Assembly: GCA_964447495.1 (NCBI GenBank)
Contig: CAYUTF010000069.1
Location: 1 to 17,880, forward strand
Source of the DNA: an uncultured archaeon
GTDB lineage: Archaea; Asgardarchaeota; Lokiarchaeia; Sigyniarchaeales; SOKP01
Length of the DNA: 17,880 nt
Reading direction: 5' to 3'
This document shows positions 1 to 8,990 of the stretch, piece by piece; the first letter of the stretch is position 1, and each line of letters opens with the position of its first letter. The notes under the pieces were generated by a model, which searched no databases, was not told where the DNA came from, and worked only from the letters and a program-made list of their open reading frames with translations. The position numbers were made by a program, and so were the translations under genes.

Positions 1-843
1 GCAATCGAGTCAAAGATTCGCGAATTTAAGGGAGAGGTTGAATATAATACAAAAGTAGAAAAAATACTTGTCGAAAATGGGAAGATAATTGGGATTCAAA
101 CACATAAAGGTGAAATCATCAACACTAATCATATCATTTGTAATGCATCTCCAACCTTAACTTATAATAAGCTCATTCATCCAAAAGCAGAAGTTCCTGA
201 AATTGCATATAAAGAAATCAATGCGCGAACTCATGGGGTTACAACAATCGTGGTATATATGGGATTAGATACAACTGCAGAGAAATTAGGACTTAAAGAT
301 TATAGCTATTTTATATGTGACACCATGGATACGGATTATCTTTATGATTCTCTAATTGAGTTAGATGTACCTAAAGTTCAAGCTACTATTTGTCTTAATA
401 ATGCGATTCCAGAATGCTCCCCTCCAGGAACGTGTATTATATCGATTACATCAGCGTTTCGACCAGGTGCTTGGGACAATGTTAAACCAGAGGATTATTT
501 TGATCTTAAAACAAAAATTGCTGATGGATTAATAGAAAACTTTGAAAAAGCTACAGGTGCTAAAATAAGAGAGCATATTGAGGAAATCGAAATTGCCACA
601 CCAGAAACATTTTCTAGATTCACTGGGACATATAATGGGGTAATTTATGGCTATGAATTAGACTCCTGGGATTCAGTAATACCAAGACTTCAAGCAATGA
701 ATGAAGAGAAGCATATAAAAGGATTAGAATTCTGCGGGGGGTTTGGAAAACGAGGCCATGGATATAGTAGTTCTTTGAAAGATGGCGAAACAGCAGCATT
801 GTTAACATTACAATCACTGATGGAGGAAGGAGTTTTAAAATGA
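1..843 (+). CDS. NAD(P)/FAD-dependent oxidoreductase, phytoene desaturase/retinol saturase family (COG1233); 5'-truncated by the window edge
   Basis: Frame 1 is open from base 1 (AIESKIREFKGEVEYNTKVEKILVENGKIIGI...), so the GTG at 250 is internal. Family-typical C-terminal motifs EIATPETFSRFTG..GVIYG and IKGLEFCGG..GHG. The stop overlaps the next ATG (ATGA 840-843). Confidence 0.85.
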   Translation, partial: AIESKIREFKGEVEYNTKVEKILVENGKIIGIQTHKGEIINTNHIICNASPTLTYNKLIHPKAEVPEIAYKEINARTHGVTTIVVYMGLDTTAEKLGLKDYSYFICDTMDTDYLYDSLIELDVPKVQATICLNNAIPECSPPGTCIISITSAFRPGAWDNVKPEDYFDLKTKIADGLIENFEKATGAKIREHIEEIEIATPETFSRFTGTYNGVIYGYELDSWDSVIPRLQAMNEEKHIKGLEFCGGFGKRGHGYSSSLKDGETAALLTLQSLMEEGVLK

Positions 844-2078
844 ACCAAAACAACGAAAAGAAATTAGATATCACCATTAAGAGCAATTCACGAGATTTAC
901 TCGCTTTTATGAAATTGTCTGCAAATAGAAAAAAGAGGATTTCAAAAGCTTCTAATGAGCCAATTAAATCTGATGCTATGAATGAACTAGCTTCTAAATT
1001 GCATCCGATACGGCAGTACTTAATTATTGATAGTATTAAAGATGAAACTAAAACATCTAAAACTATTAAATTAGTACCAAATAAAGATTTAGGCATAACG
1101 GAATTAGCTTACTTCAGACCGGGTCAATATCTCAGTCTTAAAGTAAATGTCAATGGTGTTGCTATTACCAGACCTTATTCAATTGCATCCTCTCCGAAGG
1201 ATGCTTTAGACGGTTTTTATGAGCTTACTATTAGAAAAGAAGAAAATGGATTTTTAACATCTTTCATATGGGAGAATTGGAAAGTTGGTACAAAGATTGA
1301 GAGTTCTGGACCAGAAGGTTTTTTCTATTTTGACCGATTAAGAGATTTAAAACAGCTTGTAGGTATAGCAGGTGGTTCGGGCATTACACCTTTCCGTTCA
1401 ATCGCAAAAGCGATAGTAGATAGCACAATTGATGCAAAATTAACCTTGTTATATGGAAGTAGCGAAGAAGATGATATAATATACTATAATGAGTTTAAGG
1501 ATTTAGAAAAGAAATTTCCCGAAAAATTTAAGGTTGTATATATTCTTAGTTGTGAAGAAGTATCCTTAGCAGGTTGTGAACAAGGTTTTATTACCTCTGA
1601 AATTATCCAAAAATATTGTGATGTTAAGAAGAGCTCATTTTTCTTGTGCGGTCCCCAAATTATGTATAATTTTGTTGAGAATGAAATGAAAAAGTATAAT
1701 CTGCCCCCGAAGCGTGTGAGGAGAGAAGCTTTTGGGGAAATAAAGGATGTTATTTCCTTTCCTGGGTTTCCACAAGAACTCGCGGAGAAAATTTTTAAAC
1801 TTACCGTTAGTATTGGAGGGTTGAGAAAGGAAATCCCTGCTTTAGCCAAGGAATCCTTAATTGTGGCTATGGAGAGAGCAAATTTAGCACCCCCTTCGAA
1901 ATGTCGTTCAGGGGAATGCGGATTTTGCCGGTCTTTATTAATTTCTGGTGATATATTCATAAATCCGATTTCTGATTGGAGAAGGGCAGCTGATAAAAAA
2001 TTCGGATATTTCCATCCTTGCAATTCATATCCACTTTCCGATCTTGAGATTAAAATCCCGCAAGATGTAATAAATTAA
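840..2078 (+). CDS. Ferredoxin-NADP reductase-like FAD/NAD(P)H oxidoreductase with C-terminal 2Fe-2S domain (PaaE/Hcr-like)
   Basis: FRPGQY, RPYSIASSP (flavin binding), AGGSGITPF and FLCGP (NAD binding), EAF, and 2Fe-2S ligands CRSGECGFC...C (FHPC). Confidence 0.9.
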   Translation: MNQNNEKKLDITIKSNSRDLLAFMKLSANRKKRISKASNEPIKSDAMNELASKLHPIRQYLIIDSIKDETKTSKTIKLVPNKDLGITELAYFRPGQYLSLKVNVNGVAITRPYSIASSPKDALDGFYELTIRKEENGFLTSFIWENWKVGTKIESSGPEGFFYFDRLRDLKQLVGIAGGSGITPFRSIAKAIVDSTIDAKLTLLYGSSEEDDIIYYNEFKDLEKKFPEKFKVVYILSCEEVSLAGCEQGFITSEIIQKYCDVKKSSFFLCGPQIMYNFVENEMKKYNLPPKRVRREAFGEIKDVISFPGFPQELAEKIFKLTVSIGGLRKEIPALAKESLIVAMERANLAPPSKCRSGECGFCRSLLISGDIFINPISDWRRAADKKFGYFHPCNSYPLSDLEIKIPQDVIN

Positions 2079-2203
2079 TTTTTTTCTTCATTTACAGAGA
2101 ACTTATGCTTTTTCAAGTTAGAAGATAATTTTAAACCAAATATTTATTTTTTCTTATATCTTTAGATTCTTTAACTAATTCTAGCTTGTTAGTTTCAAAT
2201 GAT

Positions 2204-3634
2204 ATGAATATCAAAGTAAAATTTGGATTTCTCGCATTAATAATAATTCTCATTCAATCATGCATAAAGTTTATAGGAGTACTGTTAACTGGTAGTCTTA
2301 GCTTCTTATCTGAGACTATTGACACGTTCACAGACATCTTTTTTGTGTCTTTAACAATATATGCCCTATTCCAAAGTCAGAAACCCCCTGATTATCACCA
2401 TATGTATGGTCATGCTAAAATTGATTCAATTGGGGCTATGATTCAAGGGATTGTACTAATTAATATTTACATTCTCTTGATCGTAAACGCAATAAACTCA
2501 ATTTTATCGCAATCTTATTATGTAGCTAATGCCGATATTGGATTTCTTCTAATAATCATATCTTTCTTTATTAATATTTTATTTTCAAGATATTTAATAC
2601 TCCAAGGTAAGAAAAGAGAAAGTTTAATACTAAAAATTCAAGGTTTAAATCTTTTTCAAGATGCTATAAGAGCAGTTATCGTTATCATAAATTTTTTATT
2701 AGTCTTATTTTTTAATTTTAAGATATTAGATCCATATTTCAGTATAGCATTATCGATTTGGATAATCATAAGTGCTTTACAATTAGCAAAAGAAGGTATT
2801 AAAAATGTAATCGATGAAAATCCAATAGATGTTCAACTCATAGAGAACATGAAACGGGAGATAATGACATTAGACCATGTTATATCTGTTGAAGATCTGA
2901 AAATTAGGGCAAGTGGTAAAAATCTCTTTTTAGAGCTAAATCTATCAGTTGAAGATCATATTTCCGTTGTACATGCAAATGAAATTAGTAAACTTGTTAG
3001 AGAAATGGGTAAGAATTACTTTCCATTATATAAAGCAGAAATTATTATTGAAATGAATCCCCTATCCAGTGAACCCTCCTTAAGTGATAGAATAATTAAT
3101 TTGCTATATTCCATGAAGAGTGAATTTCCAGTAATTAGTGAAGTCAAAGATTTAAATATCTTTAGAATTGAAGATAATTACTTTATTTCACTTTCTATTG
3201 TTGTAGATGATAAATTAAGCTTAGCAGAAGCACATAAAGTATGCCATGATTTTGAGTCCCAACTAAAAGAACAAGTGCCACTAATTTCAAGAATTATAAC
3301 ACATATAGAAGCAAAACCAGTTCCAAAGAAAATTCTGGAAGATCAGGTAATTTGTACCAGCATCGAACCCGAAGAATTGAATAAAATTCAAGAAAAAATT
3401 GGGGAAATACTACAAACTATTCCGGAAGTAAAAGAATATCATAAATTAGAGGTGTGGAATGCATTAAGCTCTTGTATTTTGGAATTACACATCTTGTTTG
3501 ATGGTCATCTTAACATAAGCACGGTTCATGATCTGATAACTAAGATCGAACAAAAGTTGAGAAATAACCTAGAAATAGATAACCTAAAAGAAATTATCAT
3601 TCATTCTGAACCATTAAATAATACAATTAATTGA
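2204..3634 (+). CDS. Cation diffusion facilitator (CDF) transporter with three tandem C-terminal ZT_dimer-like domains
   Basis: About six hydrophobic segments, TGSLSFLSE..D..TD, KPPDYHHMYGHAK, ILDP. Three repeats of the DL/KL..LEL.L.V...LS...H...IIH.EP pattern follow. ATG at 2204 preferred over TTG at 2186. Confidence 0.9.
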   Translation: MNIKVKFGFLALIIILIQSCIKFIGVLLTGSLSFLSETIDTFTDIFFVSLTIYALFQSQKPPDYHHMYGHAKIDSIGAMIQGIVLINIYILLIVNAINSILSQSYYVANADIGFLLIIISFFINILFSRYLILQGKKRESLILKIQGLNLFQDAIRAVIVIINFLLVLFFNFKILDPYFSIALSIWIIISALQLAKEGIKNVIDENPIDVQLIENMKREIMTLDHVISVEDLKIRASGKNLFLELNLSVEDHISVVHANEISKLVREMGKNYFPLYKAEIIIEMNPLSSEPSLSDRIINLLYSMKSEFPVISEVKDLNIFRIEDNYFISLSIVVDDKLSLAEAHKVCHDFESQLKEQVPLISRIITHIEAKPVPKKILEDQVICTSIEPEELNKIQEKIGEILQTIPEVKEYHKLEVWNALSSCILELHILFDGHLNISTVHDLITKIEQKLRNNLEIDNLKEIIIHSEPLNNTIN

Positions 3635-3648
3635 TATGTAAGAAAATT

Positions 3649-4752
3649 TTAAAAAGAAAATTCATACTTATTTAAACCAAGTTCTTGTTGCATTACTTTA
3701 ATATCATTTTGAAGGCTTTCATTTAGAGGAATGCCTTTTTCTTTTCGTTCTAATTCAACAATATATTCTTTTTCACCAGCAGTATAAATTCTTTTTGCTT
3801 CTGGATCTTTCTTTGCACTTCTAAGGCCTCTCATGATATCCCCCGCAGTCTTTTTAAATGAGTCCAATCCAGCAAAATTATCAGTATTTATTGCTAAGAA
3901 AAAATGACCAACTTTTAATCTTTTTTGACCATCTTCTGTAATTCCTAATGTGTCTCTTAAAAATATTCCTTCTTGTAAAGCAGCGGATAACAATTCAACC
4001 ACAGTTGCGTATCCATATCCTTTATAACCAGCAGTATCTTCCCCTTTACCCCCAAGTGGTAGTAAAGCCGCTTTTCTCTGAAGCATTAAATCCAAAATTT
4101 TATTTGGGTCTCGTATAATATTTCCTTGATCATCTATTACTGTATTTTCAGGCAGAGGTTTGTTAATTCGACTATTCAATTCAACCTTTCCCCTCTGGAT
4201 AATCGAAGTAGCTGCATCTATCAAGAAGGGAAAAGCTTCATCCGTAGGTGCACCGACGGTTAATGGATTAGTACCAAGCATAGGTTCAACTCCGAAGGTA
4301 GGCGGTATTGAGGGTCGAGCGTTCGTGACTGCTAAACCAATCATGCCTTCTTTAATTGCCATAAGGGAATAGAATCCTGCGATACCGAAATGTGTTGAGT
4401 TGCGAACTGCTACAGCTCCGAGTCCGTACTTCTTCGCTTTCTCGATTGCTGTTTTCATTGCTTTGTAGGCAATCACGTGCCCCATACCACTATTTCCATC
4501 CCATAGCGCAGTTGCATGATTATCTTTTATTATATCAATTTTTGTTTTAACTTCATAAATTCCTTGTTTTATCCTGTCATAATACATCTTGCAACGTTGA
4601 ATTCCGTGAGTATCAATTCCTCTCAAGTCTGAAGTTATTAGGACCTCTGCTATAATTTTTGCATCCTCTTCTGGAACCCCAAGTCCGATAAAAACGTCTT
4701 TCATAAAATTCTCAAGTATCTTGGCATCCAGATATACTATTTCGTCTTTCAT
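3649..4752 (-). CDS. Ldh_2 family oxidoreductase (malate/L-lactate/sulfolactate dehydrogenase, ComC/AllD-like)
   Basis: SDLRGIDTHG, RNSTHFG, LGTNPL and GYKGYG motifs. Substrate cannot be assigned from sequence. Confidence 0.9.
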   Translation of the reverse strand: MKDEIVYLDAKILENFMKDVFIGLGVPEEDAKIIAEVLITSDLRGIDTHGIQRCKMYYDRIKQGIYEVKTKIDIIKDNHATALWDGNSGMGHVIAYKAMKTAIEKAKKYGLGAVAVRNSTHFGIAGFYSLMAIKEGMIGLAVTNARPSIPPTFGVEPMLGTNPLTVGAPTDEAFPFLIDAATSIIQRGKVELNSRINKPLPENTVIDDQGNIIRDPNKILDLMLQRKAALLPLGGKGEDTAGYKGYGYATVVELLSAALQEGIFLRDTLGITEDGQKRLKVGHFFLAINTDNFAGLDSFKKTAGDIMRGLRSAKKDPEAKRIYTAGEKEYIVELERKEKGIPLNESLQNDIKVMQQELGLNKYEFSF

Positions 4753-4932
4753 TTTAGTAACTTCTTTTTTTTAATAATAAATGAATTCTTATATATCTAA
4801 ATTAGGATAAATTCAGATTTTACTTTAACCTTAATAAAATATAGAAAAAGAGTGAATTTTTAATTTTAAAGGGAGAAGATAATATTTCCATAACATGAGA
4901 TTTTTTGAGACCAAATTTCGATTTAATGAAAT

Positions 4933-5100
4933 ATGAAATATAATGATTTAAACACAAAGGTAGAAGGAAGATTTTATAAGGAGATTACCATAGATAATGA
5001 TGACGGCAATGTGACTTACATTTTCCCAGATACTAAAGAGTTCATTTCAATTCTTAAAAGGGATCTCAATAAGAAGTTAGTAAATAGTTTAAAAAAATAA
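4933..5100 (+). CDS. Small hypothetical protein, 55 aa (not in the ORF track)
   Basis: ATG 4933 to TAA 5098-5100: MKYNDLNTKVEGRFYKEITIDNDDGNVTYIFPDTKEFISILKRDLNKKLVNSLKK. Protein-like composition; fills an otherwise empty intergenic gap. Confidence 0.5.
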   Translation: MKYNDLNTKVEGRFYKEITIDNDDGNVTYIFPDTKEFISILKRDLNKKLVNSLKK

Positions 5101-5226
5101 ACAAAATAGAGCCCAAATCGGATTTCTTTTTAGAAGCTATTAGGAATGTAAATGTTGAGTTAATTAATATTAAGAGAATAGATTGTTTAATATTAGGAAG
5201 AGAATAAGAAAAAAACCTGATTCTCG

Positions 5227-5530
5227 TATTCAATCCTATTATTATACTCATTGATATCATACCCCTCCACGCCTGACACCACAAAGCGCGAACCACTAGC
5301 CTTACGGGTGCTCCATCCCTGGCCTGACCGGGTTTGACATTATGAGCTTATACCTTTCCTACAAAAGGTACTACTCTGCGACCCGCCTATGTAGCCGACG
5401 CTTCGACAGGATATAATAATGGATAATAATAACTCATGAAACCTTAAACCAGGCAATTTCCGCTATGAGCATTTTACGGTCCATCCAGCATGGGACTTGA
5501 GACATTGCCCAACTTGTCCGAGATTGAATA
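5227..5530 (-). ncRNA. ffs: Archaeal signal recognition particle RNA (7S/SRP RNA), about 304 nt
   Basis: Minus strand has helix 8 AAACC-CGG-UCAGG-CCA-GGGA-UGG-AGCAC-CCG (SRP54 site, + coords about 5300-5335) and helix 6 UACCUUUU-GUAG-GAAAGGUA (SRP19 site, 5351-5370). A long AU-rich helix 5 is present. The ends pair as archaeal helix 1 (tattcaatc 5227-5235 with gattgaata 5522-5530). A GGCAAU/AUUGCC loop-loop pairing is possible in the Alu domain. Exact ends are inferred from helix 1. Confidence 0.93.
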
Positions 5531-5589
5531 ATTACGCATGTAATTTAAAATTAATTATGAAATAGATAAGAAAAAGAAGTCTATTTTTT

Positions 5590-6042
5590 TTAATGAGAAT
5601 TATTTTTATTTGAAATCTTTAGGGTATAATTACAAATTCTGCCATTATCTGCTAAAATACATTTATTAATATTCGCGTTAAATTCATATTGGGGGAACAT
5701 TTTCATTAAAAAACTTTTAGTATAAGGATAGCATATATTATCTTGAATTATTGTTGCTTGGGAAGGATTAGTTTTTCCTCCAATAGGGCAGAATTTTTTT
5801 GAATGCTTTATAGAAACCTCATATGTAGATTCATCTATCTTTTTAACCGTGGGAGTAGCTCCTAATACTTTATAGCTTCTCTTTAATGCATTCTCAATAT
5901 CGGTATTAAAACCACGAATTTTGTATAATTCCCCTAATTTAGCGCCTAATTTGGTTGATACTGCTCTTGGGAGATTTTCACCCCCAACTTCAATCATTTC
6001 ATTGATATAAGCATGAAAAAATTTTAATGCGTCTTTATCCAT
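5590..6042 (-). CDS. Hypothetical protein, V4R/methanogen-output-domain-like with four Cys
   Basis: Helical N-terminus with a KLGAKLG motif, then FCPIGG, NICYPYT, KCIL and RICNY. This Cys spacing resembles V4R-fold ligand-binding domains. Confidence 0.55.
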   Translation of the reverse strand: MDKDALKFFHAYINEMIEVGGENLPRAVSTKLGAKLGELYKIRGFNTDIENALKRSYKVLGATPTVKKIDESTYEVSIKHSKKFCPIGGKTNPSQATIIQDNICYPYTKSFLMKMFPQYEFNANINKCILADNGRICNYTLKISNKNNSH

Positions 6043-6227
6043 ATTAACCAGCTTATAGATTATAAAAATTCCAATTACTAAATTTGTTTAATTAATTTAT
6101 CCGCTTAAAATACAAATGACAATTAATATAAATTGTATATAAATATAGTCATTTATGTTAAAAAGAAAAGTATGATCTACACAATAACAAGAGAATTTGT
6201 TATTCAATAAAACCATGAAATAAGTAC

Positions 6228-6824
6228 TTAGGTTTCAATCCAAAATCGCAACAATTTTTCTCGATCTTCTTCAGCATATTCAATTCCAATTCTTTTGCCT
6301 GTGAAAATATCTTGTTTATTCACTTTCTCTCCAATACTAAAGAAGAGCTTTGCTTTATTAGAGCATGAATCGACCCCATTAAACAGTTCTTTGGTGATAT
6401 CCATGGCCATACACAACTTACCCGGCCCATCCATAAGATTTTTAAAATTTTTTCCGATTTTTACCTTCCTTCTTTCTTTCATTATTTCTATTCCGTCAAT
6501 AGGATATAATTTTCGAATCAATACCGCACAAGGGATTCCTTCTTGTTCAGTAATCACATTTAAACAATAATACATTCCATATACTAAATATACATAAAGA
6601 GTACCGGGTTTCTCATACATAACCTTGGTTCTCTTAGATTTATGAAAATTATAACTATGCGATGCTTTATCATTTGGTCCAAGATAAGCTTCAACTTCAG
6701 TGATTTTACCAATCATTCTATAATCACTTTCAGCTCTAATGAGAAACTTGCCGATCAAATCTTTTGCGACTATTATTGTGTCACGAGAAAAGAAATCTCT
6801 CTGAAGCCTTGTGAACTCTGTCAT
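6228..6824 (-). CDS. mpg: DNA-3-methyladenine glycosylase (AAG/MPG family)
   Basis: VAKDLIG, ITEVEAYLG.DKASHS, LYVYLVYGMYYCLNV, AVLIR, GPGKLC, RIGI. Confidence 0.95.
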   Translation of the reverse strand: MTEFTRLQRDFFSRDTIIVAKDLIGKFLIRAESDYRMIGKITEVEAYLGPNDKASHSYNFHKSKRTKVMYEKPGTLYVYLVYGMYYCLNVITEQEGIPCAVLIRKLYPIDGIEIMKERRKVKIGKNFKNLMDGPGKLCMAMDITKELFNGVDSCSNKAKLFFSIGEKVNKQDIFTGKRIGIEYAEEDREKLLRFWIET

Positions 6825-6850
6825 CGCTCTATGAGAGTATAAGGTTAGTT

Positions 6851-7684
6851 TTATACCATTTCTTTATGAATTAATTGTTCCTTAAGAAAAGATTCCATTT
6901 GTGTATTACACGCAATAAATGGAAATCGCTGATTTATTGATAATTCTAAATCGATTTCATTTCCGTCAAAAGAGAATATATTTCCACCCGCTTCTTTTAA
7001 TATTAAATATCCGCCCGCAGTATCCACCAATCGATTGCTTTTTCTCATATTAATAAATGCTTCCATACTACCGCCAGCAACTTGGCATAATGTCAAAGCA
7101 GTACTACCTAATATCCTAATTCTGTAAAATTTTGAAATGATTGGGCTTAATACTTGTAGATTCTTATTGATATTTTTTGGTGAGATATTAATCTCAAAAA
7201 ATGGTTTATCTGAGATCCCTAAATCCGAAACGTGAATTCGCTGGTCATTCAGAAATGCCCCCTTTCCTTTTTCTGCCCAATATACATCCTTTGTATTTAA
7301 ATTAATGACAACAGATTTAATTATATCTCTCATATGGGAACCTTCAGCATACGCGATAGATACTGAACAGTACGGAATCCCTCTTACTGAATTATTTGAA
7401 CCATCAATAGGATCAACAATAAGCACATGTTTATTTTTAATAGCGTCATTTTGATTACCTATATATTTTTCTCCTACTTCTTCACTAATTAATAGGAGAT
7501 CAAGACCAAGATTTTCTAAGTTCTCTATTATTGTATTTTCTGCTAAAGTATCTATATACATGGTCATATCACCGCCTGCACCTCTATTCGATATTTGTGC
7601 TGCAACCTTTTTTCCTAATAGTGGATGGACATTTTCATATACATTTAAACCAATCTGTTTTAATGTATCTATTTCGAGATCCAT
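6851..7684 (-). CDS. suhB: Inositol monophosphatase / class IV fructose-1,6-bisphosphatase
   Basis: GAGGD...ID..AE, ISEE, DPIDGS, RILGS, D.AGGYLILKEAGG. ATG at 7684 preferred over GTG at 7693. Confidence 0.9.
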   Translation of the reverse strand: MDLEIDTLKQIGLNVYENVHPLLGKKVAAQISNRGAGGDMTMYIDTLAENTIIENLENLGLDLLLISEEVGEKYIGNQNDAIKNKHVLIVDPIDGSNNSVRGIPYCSVSIAYAEGSHMRDIIKSVVINLNTKDVYWAEKGKGAFLNDQRIHVSDLGISDKPFFEINISPKNINKNLQVLSPIISKFYRIRILGSTALTLCQVAGGSMEAFINMRKSNRLVDTAGGYLILKEAGGNIFSFDGNEIDLELSINQRFPFIACNTQMESFLKEQLIHKEMV

Positions 7685-7745
7685 ATTTATCACAAAAGAA
7701 GTCTTTATAATAAAAAAATTAGAATGTTAAATAATTTTTATTATA

Positions 7746-8990
7746 CTAAGGATTTTCTATCTCTTTTTTTATAATATCCCTTAATTTAATTGCCTTGGTG
7801 ATTATAATTTGGATAAAACTGTTTTCAAAAATTAAGTTTGGACCCATATTTAGTTCTTTTCTTAAATAAAGCTTATCTATTTTCTCAGAAGTTAACCAAT
7901 CAGCAATTAAAATGCCTTTTCTCTTCTCAAGGTTTCTAAATTTATTTGATATAATTGTATAATTTGAGAGAATCTCTTTTCCCTCATTAATAAAATCTAA
8001 TAGGGCAAAAAATGGAGCTTCACCAAAATGATCTGAGATTTGAGAATCCAAATCACTATTTTCAGCTATCGGAATTGCTATTTTAATAGATTGTTTTGTT
8101 GTTGCTTCAGTAATTATAATTATTTTAAAAATTTGGGGAAATCTTGATGTAATTTTACTTGATATAGCCGCTTTTAAATCTTCTATAACTTCCAGGTGGA
8201 GTTCTTTATTTAAGGTAATATTGACTTCTAAAAAGATATATCTGCCGTAAGAGCGTACTTCTAGTTTTTTAATTTCTTTAACTGTTGAAAACTTAGTAAT
8301 TAAATCGTATAGTTCCTTTCTATTTTCAAAATCAATTACAGCATCAAGTAAAGTTTTTACAGATTCGACTAATATATCGTATCCCCCTTTAATGATAAAT
8401 ATCGCAATGATTAAACCTATTATAGTATCAATGAGAAAGAGTCCAAACAAAGCTGAAATAAAACTAATAATAACTGAAATAGAGATAAAGTTGTCATATA
8501 ATTTTTCACTTGCTTGAGATTGAATTATTGGTGATTTGGTATTTATCCCAATATATCTTAAATATAAAGTTAATAGAATCGTGATGAATAGAGATACGAG
8601 CAAAAAAATGAACACTTCAAGTGTTATGTTCAACGACTTCATTGTACCATTAATGAATAATGAAATATCCGATATTGCTTGTAGAATAATATTATAGGCA
8701 GTATAAAATATGAGTAATGAAATAACTAGACTTATAATGTTTTCAATTTTATAATAGCCATAAGGAAATTTTTCGTTCGGTTTTTTATTTACGTATATTA
8801 ACCCTATTAAAGCTACGAGAGCCATAATTATGTCTGTTAAGGAATCAAAAGCATCAGCTTGAAGAGCTAAACTGTTAGTTATGATAGAAAAGATTATTTT
8901 GAAGATGAATAATCCTAAAGTAATAATTAAGAGGATTAGGTTTAAAAAGACCGGATTTTTAAACAGTCTTTCATTCTTGGATATAGTCAT
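7746..8990 (-). CDS. CDF transporter fused to a C-terminal NifB/NifX (Nitro_FeMo-Co) domain
   Basis: NSLALQADAFDSLTD, KKPNEKFPYGYYKIE, hydrophobic core and ZT_dimer domain, then KIAIP...ISDHFGEAPFF. Start uncertain (8990 or 9011); it overlaps the upstream gene's stop. Confidence 0.88.
   Translation of the reverse strand: MTISKNERLFKNPVFLNLILLIITLGLFIFKIIFSIITNSLALQADAFDSLTDIIMALVALIGLIYVNKKPNEKFPYGYYKIENIISLVISLLIFYTAYNIILQAISDISLFINGTMKSLNITLEVFIFLLVSLFITILLTLYLRYIGINTKSPIIQSQASEKLYDNFISISVIISFISALFGLFLIDTIIGLIIAIFIIKGGYDILVESVKTLLDAVIDFENRKELYDLITKFSTVKEIKKLEVRSYGRYIFLEVNITLNKELHLEVIEDLKAAISSKITSRFPQIFKIIIITEATTKQSIKIAIPIAENSDLDSQISDHFGEAPFFALLDFINEGKEILSNYTIISNKFRNLEKRKGILIADWLTSEKIDKLYLRKELNMGPNLIFENSFIQIIITKAIKLRDIIKKEIENP

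Noticed and set aside
620-2023. Minus-strand ORFs 620-1096 and 1484-2023
   Set aside because: Antisense shadows of the well-supported oxidoreductase genes.
4160-4372. 70-aa plus-strand ORF
   Set aside because: Antisense to the Ldh_2 dehydrogenase.
5066-5296. 76-aa minus-strand ORF
   Set aside because: It begins inside the SRP RNA and has no recognisable protein motif, so it is likely spurious.
5412-5432. ATAATAAT repeats as a tandem repeat or CRISPR remnant
   Set aside because: Explained as one strand of SRP helix 5; no regularly spaced repeat-spacer pattern was seen anywhere in the window.
6295-6842. Plus-strand ORFs 6295-6570 and 6642-6842
   Set aside because: Antisense to mpg.
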